This document shows, one piece after another, positions 10,163 through 20,162 of a stretch of 62,230 nt of DNA; within the stretch, counting starts at the first letter, position 1; every line of letters starts with the position of its first letter. Made by a program: the position numbers and the translations under genes. The stretch lies in assembly GCA_964631265.1 (NCBI GenBank), contig CAZVWW010000003.1:1-62230 (forward strand), read 5' to 3'. The stretch is from an uncultured Thermotogaceae bacterium. GTDB taxonomy: Bacteria; Thermotogota; Thermotogae; MWEM01. The notes under the pieces are model-generated. The model was not told where the DNA came from and ran no database searches. It worked only from the letters and a program-made list of their open reading frames with translations.

Positions 10163-12172
10163 ATGATTGAGAATTCAAAGATCGGCGAAGCGATGACCAT
10201 TAAACTTTCAGAAGAACTGCCTGAAAAAAAGGAGTTTGAAGAAGGGATCAGAAGAGCACCCAAACGTGAACTGACGTTGACGAAGCGGGAGAAGAAAATG
10301 GCGTTGAAAAACGCCCTCCGGTATATTCCGCAGGCTCTTCATGAAGAACTTGCTTCCGAATTCTTGAATGAACTTGATACAATGGGACGGATTTATGGGT
10401 ACCGTTACAGACCGGCGGGACGGATATATGGGAAGCCGATTGACCAGTACAAAGGGAACTGCATTGAAGGAAAAGCGATACAGGTTATGATAGAGAACAA
10501 TCTGGATTTTGAGATTGCCCTCTACCCTTACGAACTGGTGACCTATGGGGAAACCGGTCAGGTCTGTCAGAACTGGATGCAGTATCGGTTGATCAAGCGT
10601 TATCTGGAAAGGCTGACGGATGAACAGACACTTGTTGTGGCCTCGGGTCATCCGCTCGGACTCTTCAAATCGTCAAAAGCCAGTCCCAGGGTGATTCTGA
10701 CGAACTCACTGATGGTGGGACTGTTTGACAATCAGGAGGACTGGCACAGAGCCGCCGCTCTCGGTGTTGCCAATTATGGTCAGATGACCGCCGGCGGGTG
10801 GATGTACATCGGTCCTCAGGGAATTGTTCACGGGACTTTCAACACCCTCCTGAACGCCGGTAGAAAACAGCTGGGCATTCCGGACGATTCTGATCTAACG
10901 GGCCATCTCTTTATATCCTCCGGGCTTGGGGGAATGAGCGGTGCCCAGGGGAAGGCGGTTAAGATTGCCAATGGTGTTGGCATCATTGCTGAGGTGGACC
11001 ACTCCAGGATACAGACGCGGAAAAATCAGGGTTGGATCGATGCGATATATGAAGAGCCTGCAGAGGTATTTAAGGCCGCGGAAGAGTACCGGAAAGAGGA
11101 AAAGGCCGTTTCACTCGCTTTTTACGGGAATATCATTGATTTACTTGAATATGCCGTTAATGAAAATATCAAGATTGAATTGCTATCCGATCAGACCTCG
11201 TGCCATGTTCCGTATGACGGCGGATACTGTCCACAGGGTCTGACGTTCAGCGAAAGAACGGAGATGCTCAGAGAGAATAAAGAACAGTTCAAAGACCTTG
11301 TCACACGCAGTTTGAAAAAGCATTTCTCACTCATCAGGCAATTGGTTGACAAAGGAACTTATTTTTTTGATTATGGGAACAGCTTCATGAAGGCGGTCTT
11401 TGATGCAGGAGCAAAGGCGATCGCCAAAAACGGGAAGGATACTTCCGAAGGGTTCATATTTCCATCCTACGTGGAGGATATCATGGGGCCGATGTTGTTT
11501 GACTATGGGTACGGTCCCTTTCGATGGGTTTGTCTGAGTGGAAGACATGAAGACCTGTTGAAAACCGACAGGGCGGCCATGAACTGTATCAACCCTGACA
11601 GAAGAGGGCAGGATCGGGATAATTATATCTGGATCAGAGATGCCGACAGCAACAAACTGGTTGTGGGAACCCAGGCGAGAATCCTGTATCAGGACGCTGA
11701 AGGCAGGAAAAATATCGCTCTCAAATTCAACGCCATGGTCAGAAAGGGAACGATTGGACCTGTCATGCTCGGAAGAGATCATCATGATACAGGAGGAACT
11801 GACTCACCCTTCAGAGAGACGGCCAACATAAAAGACGGGAGTAATATTATGGCGGATATGGCCACCCATTGTTTTGCCGGGAACAGTGCCAGGGGAATGA
11901 GCATGGTGGCCCTGCATAACGGCGGGGGTGTTGGAATCGGCAAGGCCATCAACGGGGGATTTGGACTGGTCCTTGACGGAAGTGAACGGGTGGACACGAT
12001 CATTCAGAAAGCGATCCCCTGGGATGTTATGGGTGGTGTTGCCAGAAGAGCCTGGGCAGGCAATGACAATGCTGTTTCCACCTCGATAGATTATAATGTT
12101 GAGAATCAGGCAACAGATCATATCACCATCCCGTATCGAGTTGATGAAAAGATAATCAACGAGTTGCTCTAA
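10163..12172 (+). CDS. hutU: urocanate hydratase (long, ~670-aa form)
   Basis: The RBS is GGGGGAGATAAA-ATG. Urocanase hallmarks are present, including the NAD-site motif GLGGMSGAQ, plus ..YGNSF.., ..RWVCLSG.. and ..GRDHHDTGGTDSPFRET.. Confidence 0.9.
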   Translation: MIENSKIGEAMTIKLSEELPEKKEFEEGIRRAPKRELTLTKREKKMALKNALRYIPQALHEELASEFLNELDTMGRIYGYRYRPAGRIYGKPIDQYKGNCIEGKAIQVMIENNLDFEIALYPYELVTYGETGQVCQNWMQYRLIKRYLERLTDEQTLVVASGHPLGLFKSSKASPRVILTNSLMVGLFDNQEDWHRAAALGVANYGQMTAGGWMYIGPQGIVHGTFNTLLNAGRKQLGIPDDSDLTGHLFISSGLGGMSGAQGKAVKIANGVGIIAEVDHSRIQTRKNQGWIDAIYEEPAEVFKAAEEYRKEEKAVSLAFYGNIIDLLEYAVNENIKIELLSDQTSCHVPYDGGYCPQGLTFSERTEMLRENKEQFKDLVTRSLKKHFSLIRQLVDKGTYFFDYGNSFMKAVFDAGAKAIAKNGKDTSEGFIFPSYVEDIMGPMLFDYGYGPFRWVCLSGRHEDLLKTDRAAMNCINPDRRGQDRDNYIWIRDADSNKLVVGTQARILYQDAEGRKNIALKFNAMVRKGTIGPVMLGRDHHDTGGTDSPFRETANIKDGSNIMADMATHCFAGNSARGMSMVALHNGGGVGIGKAINGGFGLVLDGSERVDTIIQKAIPWDVMGGVARRAWAGNDNAVSTSIDYNVENQATDHITIPYRVDEKIINELL

Positions 12173-12196
12173 AACCCTTTTGAAAAGGATAACGAT

Positions 12197-13867
12197 ATGA
12201 ACAGAAAATGGTGGAAAGAAGCAGTTGCATACCAGATATATCCCATGAGTTTTTATGACAGTAACGATGATGGTGTTGGAGATATCAACGGGATTATTCA
12301 AAAACTCGATTATCTTACATCACTTGGTATCAATGCATTATGGTTGAGTCCGTTATATCAATCCCCGAACAAAGATAACGGCTACGATATCAGTGATTAC
12401 TACAGTATCAATCCGGTATACGGGACGATGGCGGATATGGATGAATTACTGCAAAGGGCTCATGAAAAGGGAATTAAAGTGATCATGGACCTGGTCATCA
12501 ATCACACGTCAAACGAGCATTTCTGGTTTCAAGAGTCCCGGAAATCAAGAGATAATCCGTACCGGGATTATTATTACTGGCGAGGTCCGAAAAACAGCCG
12601 GGAGCCGAATAACTGGGCAGCCTTCTTTGAACCGTCGGCCTGGCATTACGATCAGAGAACGGATCAGTATTATCTCGGGGTCTTCTCAGGTTATCAGCCC
12701 GATCTGAACTGGGAGAATCCGAAAGTCAGAAAAGAACTCTATTCAATGATCAACTGGTGGCTGGAAAAAGGCATCGACGGATTCAGACTCGATGCCATTA
12801 ATCTGATCTCAAAGGTTCCCGGGCTTCCTGACAATGAAAGTCATTCAAATGAGCGTTATGTGTTTTCGCACAAAAACTTTGTCGATGGGCCGCGTGTTCA
12901 TGAATTCATAAGAGAGATGAGAGAGCAGACGTTCGACCATTATGATGTCTTTACGGTCGGGGAGTGCGGTTATATCACTCCTGAAAAGGCAAAGCTGTAT
13001 GCCGGCGAAGTGGGGAATGAATTTGATATGGTCTTCATTTTTGAGCATACAGATTATTACAAGGAGCATGGTAAAGACATTAAAAAGTTGAAAGAGATCA
13101 TCAGCCGTTGGCAGACAGAGCTGCATGGAGAGGCTTGGACGGGTCTTTGTTTTTCAAATCATGATCTACCGAGGATCGTCTCCATGTTTGGAGATGAAGG
13201 GCGTTACCGCGAAGAATCGGCAAAACTCTTTGCCATGTTTCTGTTGACGCTGGAGGGAACCCCCTTTATCTTCCAGGGGGATGAGATAGGCATGCCCAAT
13301 ACTTATTATCAGAGCATCGACGCATATCGTGATATCTCCGCTTTCAAACTGTACAACAGATTAAAAAAAGAAGGGCTGGATGAGGAAAGCATCATGAAAC
13401 AGGTGAGAGTATTCTCGAGAGACAGATGCAGAACCCCTATACATTGGGACAATACAAAAAACGCCGGTTTTTCCCGGGTCCGGCCCTGGCTCCAGGTTAA
13501 CGGGCAACAAATGACGATTAATGTTGAGGACAATCTACGCGACCCGGATTCTGTCCTGCATTTCTACAGAAAGATGATCGATTTGAGAAAAAAGAACCCT
13601 GCACTGGTCTACGGTGAATTTGTTTTAGTACAGACTGATCAGGAGGGACTTTTTGCTTATAAGAGAAGACTCGATGAAGACGAGTTTTTCGTTGTGATGA
13701 ATCTCTCTGATCAGAAAAAGACGCTTATTACAAGGGATTTCTCGAAAGGGTGCAACATATTATTGTCGGTTTATCATGACAGAGGAGTTTTGGAAAAGAC
13801 AAGCGGAATGCCTTTCATTACGATGATGCTGAGGCCTTACGAGGCCGTATTGATGAAGTTGTTATAA
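12197..13867 (+). CDS. GH13 oligo-1,6-glucosidase / alpha-glucosidase
   Basis: GH13 conserved regions are present: DLVINHTS (I), GIDGFRLDAINLI (II, nucleophile Asp), VGECG (III, acid/base Glu) and FSNHDLPR (IV). The N-terminus WWKEAVAYQIYP is typical. It starts 24 nt after hutU. Confidence 0.9.
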   Translation: MNRKWWKEAVAYQIYPMSFYDSNDDGVGDINGIIQKLDYLTSLGINALWLSPLYQSPNKDNGYDISDYYSINPVYGTMADMDELLQRAHEKGIKVIMDLVINHTSNEHFWFQESRKSRDNPYRDYYYWRGPKNSREPNNWAAFFEPSAWHYDQRTDQYYLGVFSGYQPDLNWENPKVRKELYSMINWWLEKGIDGFRLDAINLISKVPGLPDNESHSNERYVFSHKNFVDGPRVHEFIREMREQTFDHYDVFTVGECGYITPEKAKLYAGEVGNEFDMVFIFEHTDYYKEHGKDIKKLKEIISRWQTELHGEAWTGLCFSNHDLPRIVSMFGDEGRYREESAKLFAMFLLTLEGTPFIFQGDEIGMPNTYYQSIDAYRDISAFKLYNRLKKEGLDEESIMKQVRVFSRDRCRTPIHWDNTKNAGFSRVRPWLQVNGQQMTINVEDNLRDPDSVLHFYRKMIDLRKKNPALVYGEFVLVQTDQEGLFAYKRRLDEDEFFVVMNLSDQKKTLITRDFSKGCNILLSVYHDRGVLEKTSGMPFITMMLRPYEAVLMKLL

Positions 13868-14417
13868 GGTTTGTCTGTAAGAGGTCTTTCTACTGAAAAT
13901 GGTCCTATTAAAATCGTTATACCGTTAATGTTCGATGTTAGATTGATACTTGGTGCGAAAACGACAATAAAAACGAACTAACCGGTCGTAATCGGAAATA
14001 ATTAACCAAAATAGAGGTTGACAAGATTTGATTTATCCCGGGGTTTTATATATAATGATTCTGTCTTGTATTAATCCGATAAAACTTTCATTTTTTGTAA
14101 AGCAGTACAGGTTAAACTGAATATTCTGTGTTTTACAGAAGAATGAGTAAAAAAACACTTTCCGAAAACTACTCCCGTTTAGAGAACATTTAAGCTCGTT
14201 TTATAAATCTATATTTTTTGTTATTCAACAAAAACCACTACTATTGTTTGTTTACTAATTTAATAATCCAATATTTTTACATTTTCACCGTTTTTAGTTT
14301 CTTGTAACTGAATGCCATTACTATGGGGGTGATACTTGAAAAGCTGATTTTAGGTATTGTTCGTTGGCTATGTTGGGAAATTATTCAGATCAAAGTGCAG
14401 TTTTAAAGGAGGAGAAA

Positions 14418-16124
14418 ATGAGTAAAAAGATTATTCTTTCGTTGTTCGTTGTATCATTTTTGTTTTTGAGCTTTTTTGGGACACAGGCCTTTGCGGCAGA
14501 CGAGGCTATTGAGAAATGGGCCGATTATTTCGATCCTTCAGTTCTTTCAAGAGAAGAAAGGATTGCAGAACTCGAATGGTTTAAAGAGGCTGCAGAAGAG
14601 TTCAAAGGAATGGAACTGAAATCAACAGCCGAGGGTATCACAACGCATAAGTTCGAATCACAGGTCCTTGCAGATGCGTTTACCGAAATTACCGGAATCG
14701 AAGTTGTTCATGACATTATCGGTGAAGGTGAGATCGTTGACCGTGTACAGAGGCAGATTCAAACAGGAACAAAGCTGTATGACATTTATGTCAATGATGC
14801 CGATTTAATCGGTACGCATCTCAGATTGAACAGTGCTTTGAATCTTACTGACTTTATGGCGGGTGCCGGTAAAGACGTTACAAACCCGAATCTCGACCTT
14901 GATGACTTCCTGAACCTCGAATTTGGTCAGGATTATGACGGCAATCAGTTGCAGCTTCCCGACCAGCAGTTCGCAAACCTCTACTGGTTCAGATACGACT
15001 GGTTCAACAACCCGGAATTTGAAGAAGAATTCATGGAAGAATACGGTTACGCGCTTGGTGTACCCCTTAATTGGGCTGCATACGAGGATATTGCTGAATT
15101 CTTCACAGGTAAGGAAATTGACGGCGTAGAAGTATACGGTCACATGGACTACGGAAAGAAATCCCCGTCACTCGGATGGAGATTTACAGATGCATGGCTG
15201 TCCATTGCCGGTGCCGGTGACAAGGGTCTACCTAATGGAATCCCGGTTGACGAATGGGGAATCAGAGTCAACGAGAATGGTAATCCTGTTGGAGCCTCCG
15301 TATCAAGAGGTGGAGCGACTAACGGACCTGCAGCGGTATATGCCCTTACAAAATACATTGATTGGTTGAAGAAGTATGCACCACCTTACGCATCATCGAT
15401 GACATGGTCAGAGGCCGGACCTGTTCCTTCAAGGGGAACGGTTGCACAGCAGATGTTCAAGTACATCACATGGCTCTCAGGTGGCGGCTTTACAGACGTT
15501 ACCAGTAATGTAACCGACATGAACGGGAAACCGCTCTGGAGAGTTGCTCCGACACCTCATGGAAAATATTGGGAAGAAGGCATGAAGGTTGGATATCAGG
15601 ACGCAGGTTCATGGACCATTTTGAAGAACAGTGTCGATCTTGAACACCAGAAAGCAGCCTGGCTCTGGGCGCAGTTCTGTGTATCAAAGACTGTATCTTT
15701 GAAGAAGTTCAACATTGGATTCACACCGGTTAGAAAATCCACAGTCTTCTCCGACTACTGGACAGAACATGAAGGCGACCTCGGCGGTATCATCACATTC
15801 TATCGATCACCGAGAGAGAAACTCTACACAGACTCCGGCCCTAATGTTCCTCATTATCCGTTGTTGGCAGAACAGTGGTGGAAATACATATCAAGAGCCG
15901 TAACAGAAGAACTGACACCACAGGAAGCCATGGATGAACTCGCAGCCAAGATGGACGAATTAATGGGAAGATTAAGACTTCCGAATAAATCACCGAAACT
16001 GAACGAACCCAGGAGTGAAGAATACTGGCTGAATCAGCCCGGAGCACCTAAGCCGAAAATCGAAGGAAGAGAAGATCCTAAGACGATCAAGTACGACGAT
16101 CTCGTTAAACAGTGGCAGGATTAA
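14418..16124 (+). CDS. large extracellular solute-binding protein of a carbohydrate/glycerol-type ABC importer
   Basis: ATG 14418 follows AAAGGAGGAGAAA. The signal peptide is MSKKIILSLFVVSFLFLSFFGTQAFA|ADEA. It is the first gene of an SBP / ATPase / ATPase / permease / permease / DUF2160 cluster. The track's upstream start at 14364 lacks an RBS. Confidence 0.8.
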   Translation: MSKKIILSLFVVSFLFLSFFGTQAFAADEAIEKWADYFDPSVLSREERIAELEWFKEAAEEFKGMELKSTAEGITTHKFESQVLADAFTEITGIEVVHDIIGEGEIVDRVQRQIQTGTKLYDIYVNDADLIGTHLRLNSALNLTDFMAGAGKDVTNPNLDLDDFLNLEFGQDYDGNQLQLPDQQFANLYWFRYDWFNNPEFEEEFMEEYGYALGVPLNWAAYEDIAEFFTGKEIDGVEVYGHMDYGKKSPSLGWRFTDAWLSIAGAGDKGLPNGIPVDEWGIRVNENGNPVGASVSRGGATNGPAAVYALTKYIDWLKKYAPPYASSMTWSEAGPVPSRGTVAQQMFKYITWLSGGGFTDVTSNVTDMNGKPLWRVAPTPHGKYWEEGMKVGYQDAGSWTILKNSVDLEHQKAAWLWAQFCVSKTVSLKKFNIGFTPVRKSTVFSDYWTEHEGDLGGIITFYRSPREKLYTDSGPNVPHYPLLAEQWWKYISRAVTEELTPQEAMDELAAKMDELMGRLRLPNKSPKLNEPRSEEYWLNQPGAPKPKIEGREDPKTIKYDDLVKQWQD

Positions 16125-16160
16125 TTCAGCATTGTAATTGTTTGATTTAGTAATATGTTC

Positions 16161-16183
16161 CTGCCCCGAATCATTCGGGGCAG
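16161..16183 (+). terminator. intercistronic hairpin after the SBP gene (attenuator or mRNA stabiliser)
   Basis: CTGCCCCGA-atcat-TCGGGGCAG (9-bp GC-rich stem). No adjacent U-tract, so it is more likely a partial terminator or processing barrier than a full stop. Confidence 0.35.
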
Positions 16184-16255
16184 GGACAGTTATTAATACT
16201 TTTTTATGGTGTCTTTCTGGTTTTTAGAAAACTCCAAGAATTCAGAGGTGAGTTT

Positions 16256-17344
16256 ATGGGAATAGAACTGAAAAATGTTTCGAAGACATTTGGAAGAAAA
16301 AAGGCTTTGGATAACGTCAGTCTCAAAATTGATGATGGGGAGTTTGTCTGTTTTCTCGGCCCCTCCGACGCCGGAAAATCTGTTTTGCTGAGAGTGATGG
16401 CAGGTCTCGAAACACTCGACGAGGGCAGGGTCTATTATGACGGTGAGGACGTGACAGATCTGACGGTTAGAAAACGTAATATTGCCATGGTCTATCAGGA
16501 CTTTATCAACTATCCGAATCTAACCGTTTATGAGAACATCGCCTCCCCGCTTCGTGTAGCGAAAAAATATTCAAAGAGAGAAATTGATAAAAAGGTCCAT
16601 GAGGTAGCGGAATTATTAAACATCAATAAAATTCTCAAGCAGAATCCCGAAGAGATAAGCGGTGGACAAAGACAGAGAACCGCAATAGCAAGAGCAATGG
16701 TAAAAGGAGCGAAATACATCTTTCTTGATGAACCCCTGGCCAATCTGGATTATAAACTCAGAGAAGAATTTAGAACCCAGTTGAAGGAGACATTCTCCAA
16801 CAGGGAAGGGGCATTTGTATACGCCACAGCGGATCCCATTGACGCTATGGCACTTTCATCCCACACGGGATATCTATATGAAGGCAGATTATTACAGTAC
16901 GGGGATATACAGGAAGTCTACAACTATCCCAGGTACAGCATGGTTGGCAAGTATTTCAGCAATCCCACGATGAATCTCATTGAGGGAAAACTGAACAGAA
17001 ATGATAAGACTATCGATATCAGCGGCGAGCTGAAGATTAATGTTGCCGATGTGATGGACAAACTGAAAAAGGAAGATTACATTGTCGGTATAAGACCAAA
17101 GGATATCGGATTTCACGAAGGTGAGAATAAGGTCCCGATTGTGGGAGAGCTCTCCCTTAGCGAGATTGTCGGTTCTGAGACAGAACTACATATTGATTAT
17201 CAGGGCAATAATATCATCGTCCTTGAGCCGGAGATAGTCCATTATGATTACGGTACAAAAATAAAAATATTTGTGGATACGACAAGATTATTCATCTTTG
17301 ATAAAGATGATAAGACCTTGGTCACAAAAACAGGGGGGGATTGA
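16256..17344 (+). CDS. ABC transporter ATP-binding protein (MalK/UgpC-like) with deviant Walker A and H-loop
   Basis: Walker A is GPSDAGKS (Asp where Gly is usual). The signature ISGGQRQR and Walker B YIFLDEP are canonical. The H-loop position reads YATADP, with no His. A C-terminal regulatory/TOBE-like domain is present. Confidence 0.9.
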   Translation: MGIELKNVSKTFGRKKALDNVSLKIDDGEFVCFLGPSDAGKSVLLRVMAGLETLDEGRVYYDGEDVTDLTVRKRNIAMVYQDFINYPNLTVYENIASPLRVAKKYSKREIDKKVHEVAELLNINKILKQNPEEISGGQRQRTAIARAMVKGAKYIFLDEPLANLDYKLREEFRTQLKETFSNREGAFVYATADPIDAMALSSHTGYLYEGRLLQYGDIQEVYNYPRYSMVGKYFSNPTMNLIEGKLNRNDKTIDISGELKINVADVMDKLKKEDYIVGIRPKDIGFHEGENKVPIVGELSLSEIVGSETELHIDYQGNNIIVLEPEIVHYDYGTKIKIFVDTTRLFIFDKDDKTLVTKTGGD

Positions 17345-17346
17345 GA

Positions 17347-18450
17347 ATGGCAAAACTTGAGTTTAAAGATATCAGCCATTCTTACGAATACTCTTTTGGT
17401 ACTGTAAAAGACAGAAACAAGGCCAAATGGGTGATAAACGATCTAAACGTTACCTGGGAAGATGGAACCGCAAATGCCCTTCTGGGTCCTTCAGGCGGCG
17501 GTAAAACCACCATGTTGAATATTATTTCCGGGTTACTGAGACCGACAGAGGGACAGGTGTTGATTGACGGAAGGGATGTTACGGATTTATCTCCCCAGCA
17601 GAGAAAGATAGCGCAGGTCTTTCAGTTTCCGGTGGCCTACGATACAATGGATGTCTACAACAACCTGGCTTTTCCGTTAAGAAACAGCGGTTACGGTCAG
17701 GCCAAAATTGATAAAAAGGTAAGAGAGACCTCAGATCTACTCGACCTGGATGAATACCTCTCTGAACCGGCGGGTTCGCTTAACGAAGGTGAGAAACAGA
17801 GGATTTCTCTCGGCAGGGGCATCATCCGGGATGATATCGTTGCCATGCTTCTCGACGAGCCTTTAACCCTCATAGACCCCAAGCTGAAGAACGGTTTGAG
17901 AAGATTACTGATGAGAATTCAGAGGGAACTGAAGCTCACGATGATTTATGTCACCCATGACCAGCATGAGGCTCTGACCTTTGCACAATATGTTTCTATC
18001 CTCAACGAGGGAACGGTCGTCCAGAGCGGGACAGCAACCGAACTCTATGAAAACCCGAAAGAGCCTTTTGTCGGATTCTTCATCGGAAGTCCGGGCATGA
18101 ACTTTGTTGATTGCAATCTGAAAGGCGGGGTCCTCGACTGCAAAGGCTTTGAATTGAACATCAGCCATAAATTACAGGAAAAAGGTGTTGAATCAGAAGG
18201 GGATATGAAGTTAGGCATTCGTCCTGAATCAATCGCAGTCTCGAAGGAACAGCAAGAGAAAACACATCCGTTTGAGATACAGGTCATTGAAAACTTCGGT
18301 CATTATTATATTCTGACCGTTGAAGGGTGCAATTCCCGTCTCAAAGTGCAGGTTTCGAGTGAAATGGATGTATCAAAAGGTGAGGAAATCTACCTGTCCT
18401 TCCCTGCAGATAAACTGATTCTGTTTAAGGAAAAGAAGAGGATTTTATGA
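17347..18450 (+). CDS. ABC transporter ATP-binding protein (MalK/UgpC-like) with degenerate signature motif
   Basis: Walker A GPSGGGKTT, Walker B AMLLDEP and H-loop YVTHDQ are canonical. The signature position reads LNEGEKQR instead of LSGGQ. ATG 17347 lies just after the upstream stop (17342-17344). Confidence 0.9.
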   Translation: MAKLEFKDISHSYEYSFGTVKDRNKAKWVINDLNVTWEDGTANALLGPSGGGKTTMLNIISGLLRPTEGQVLIDGRDVTDLSPQQRKIAQVFQFPVAYDTMDVYNNLAFPLRNSGYGQAKIDKKVRETSDLLDLDEYLSEPAGSLNEGEKQRISLGRGIIRDDIVAMLLDEPLTLIDPKLKNGLRRLLMRIQRELKLTMIYVTHDQHEALTFAQYVSILNEGTVVQSGTATELYENPKEPFVGFFIGSPGMNFVDCNLKGGVLDCKGFELNISHKLQEKGVESEGDMKLGIRPESIAVSKEQQEKTHPFEIQVIENFGHYYILTVEGCNSRLKVQVSSEMDVSKGEEIYLSFPADKLILFKEKKRIL

Positions 18451-18484
18451 GCGTTCAAAATCCTGGAAAAGGAGGCATTTTTGG

Positions 18485-19348
18485 ATGAAGAATAGAGCAT
18501 GGTTGTTTTTGCTCCCTGCGCTGGCCTTTATGGCTGTCAGTGCGATTATACCACTTGTAACCGTTATCAATTATTCACAGAACTATATATTTGCCGGAAG
18601 TATGCCCACATTTGTCGGGCTTGAAAATTTCGTGGAAGTACTGCAGGATCCCCAGTTTCTGGGTTCTATTGGACGACAGTTCATCTTTACATTTCTTGTG
18701 CTGTTGATTGAAGTCCCTCTGGGTATTATTATCGCACTTGCGATGCCGAAAAAGGGCAACTGGGTGCCGTTGAATCTTGTCCTGCTCGGTATTCCGCTCC
18801 TTATCCCCTACAACGTTGTGGGGATCATCTGGAGACTATTCACCCAGTCGGATGTCGGGATTGTTCCCGCGGCCTTTAATGGATTGAATTATGCGTACAA
18901 CGTCACACTCAACTCGGGGGATGCATTCTTTACAATCCTCACAGTAGATGTCTGGCATTGGACGCCGCTGTTGATTCTGCTTTCCTATGCAGGCCTTCAG
19001 GCCATTCCAAACGCCTATTACCGGGCAGCTGCAATTGACGGGGCATCAAAGTGGAGTACCTTTAAATATGTAACGCTGCCAAAACTGAGAACTGTTCTGA
19101 CCATTGGAATACTGCTCAGATTTATGGACTCGTTCAAGATCTATTCGGAACCCCTTCTTTTGACTGGTGGAGGTCCCGGAACGGCAACAACATTTCTGAG
19201 TTTATTCATATCGAGAAAGGCGGAGTCTTATGAACTTGGCTATGCTTCTGCCGCATCCCTCATCTACTTCTTTATCGTTCTCGTTATGAGTTATATATTC
19301 TTCCAGTTTATTTCACGTGTGGGAAGGGGTGTGCATGATGAAGGATAA
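18485..19348 (+). CDS. ABC transporter permease (MalF/UgpA-type)
   Basis: 287 aa with six hydrophobic segments and an EAA-loop-like ..AAAIDGASKWSTFKYVTLPKL.. Confidence 0.85.
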   Translation: MKNRAWLFLLPALAFMAVSAIIPLVTVINYSQNYIFAGSMPTFVGLENFVEVLQDPQFLGSIGRQFIFTFLVLLIEVPLGIIIALAMPKKGNWVPLNLVLLGIPLLIPYNVVGIIWRLFTQSDVGIVPAAFNGLNYAYNVTLNSGDAFFTILTVDVWHWTPLLILLSYAGLQAIPNAYYRAAAIDGASKWSTFKYVTLPKLRTVLTIGILLRFMDSFKIYSEPLLLTGGGPGTATTFLSLFISRKAESYELGYASAASLIYFFIVLVMSYIFFQFISRVGRGVHDEG

Positions 19349-20156
19349 AAAAGATAAACGAATTGGCGCGACAATCCTGCTGATCATCTACTTTACGATT
19401 CTCATCTTCCCAATATACTGGATGGTCAACACATCATTAAAATACGATGAAGAAATTCTGAGTTCGATGACGTTCTTCCCCAGGGAGATCACCTTCAAGA
19501 ATTACGAACAGATATTCACATCGGAGCTCTGGATGGAGAGTTTTGCTAATTCACTGATATACGTCTTTATGAATGTAGCGATAACGATTGTGGTCAGTGT
19601 CCCGGCGGCCTATGCCTTTTCCAGATGGAATTTCCGGGGCGATAAGCATCTGTTTTTCTGGTTGATTACCAACCGTATGGCACCGGCCGTTATATTCATG
19701 ATACCGTTTACCCAACTTTACAACAATCTGGGTTTGTTCGATACACATATCGGGGTATCAATTGCCCATCTGCTCTTTAATATACCGCTTGCGATATGGA
19801 TACTGGAGGGCTTTATGTCCGGAATACCAAAGGAGATTGATGAAACCGCCTTCGTGGACGGCTACCCGTTTCACAAGTTCTTCTTCAAGATCTTCCTCCC
19901 CCTGGTCAAGCAGGGCATCGGGGTTGCGGCCTTCCTGTGCTTTACATTCTCATGGGTTGAGCTGATACTGGCGAAGACGTTGACGATAACGGATGCTAAA
20001 CCCGTTGTGGTAACACTCACCGTGGGCATTGGCGCTGAAGGTGTCAAATGGGGTCTGCTTGCTGCTGCAGGTGTGCTGACAATTGTTCCCGGTGCACTGG
20101 TCGTTTATTTTGTAAGAAATTATCTTGCAAAAGGCTTTGCATTAGGAAGGGTGTGA
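19335..20156 (+). CDS. ABC transporter permease (MalG/UgpE-type)
   Basis: ATG 19335 is preceded by GGGAAGGGG and overlaps the upstream gene by 14 nt. The EAA loop is ..ETAFVDGYPFHKFFFKIFLPL.. Confidence 0.85.
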   Translation: MMKDKKDKRIGATILLIIYFTILIFPIYWMVNTSLKYDEEILSSMTFFPREITFKNYEQIFTSELWMESFANSLIYVFMNVAITIVVSVPAAYAFSRWNFRGDKHLFFWLITNRMAPAVIFMIPFTQLYNNLGLFDTHIGVSIAHLLFNIPLAIWILEGFMSGIPKEIDETAFVDGYPFHKFFFKIFLPLVKQGIGVAAFLCFTFSWVELILAKTLTITDAKPVVVTLTVGIGAEGVKWGLLAAAGVLTIVPGALVVYFVRNYLAKGFALGRV

Positions 20157-20162
20157 TGTTGA

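Noticed and set aside
14018-14057. TTGACA followed by TATATAATG as a sigma-70 promoter in the long intergenic region.
   Set aside because: The spacing between TTGACA and the nearest TATA-like hexamers is 20 nt or more, outside the 16-18 nt range.
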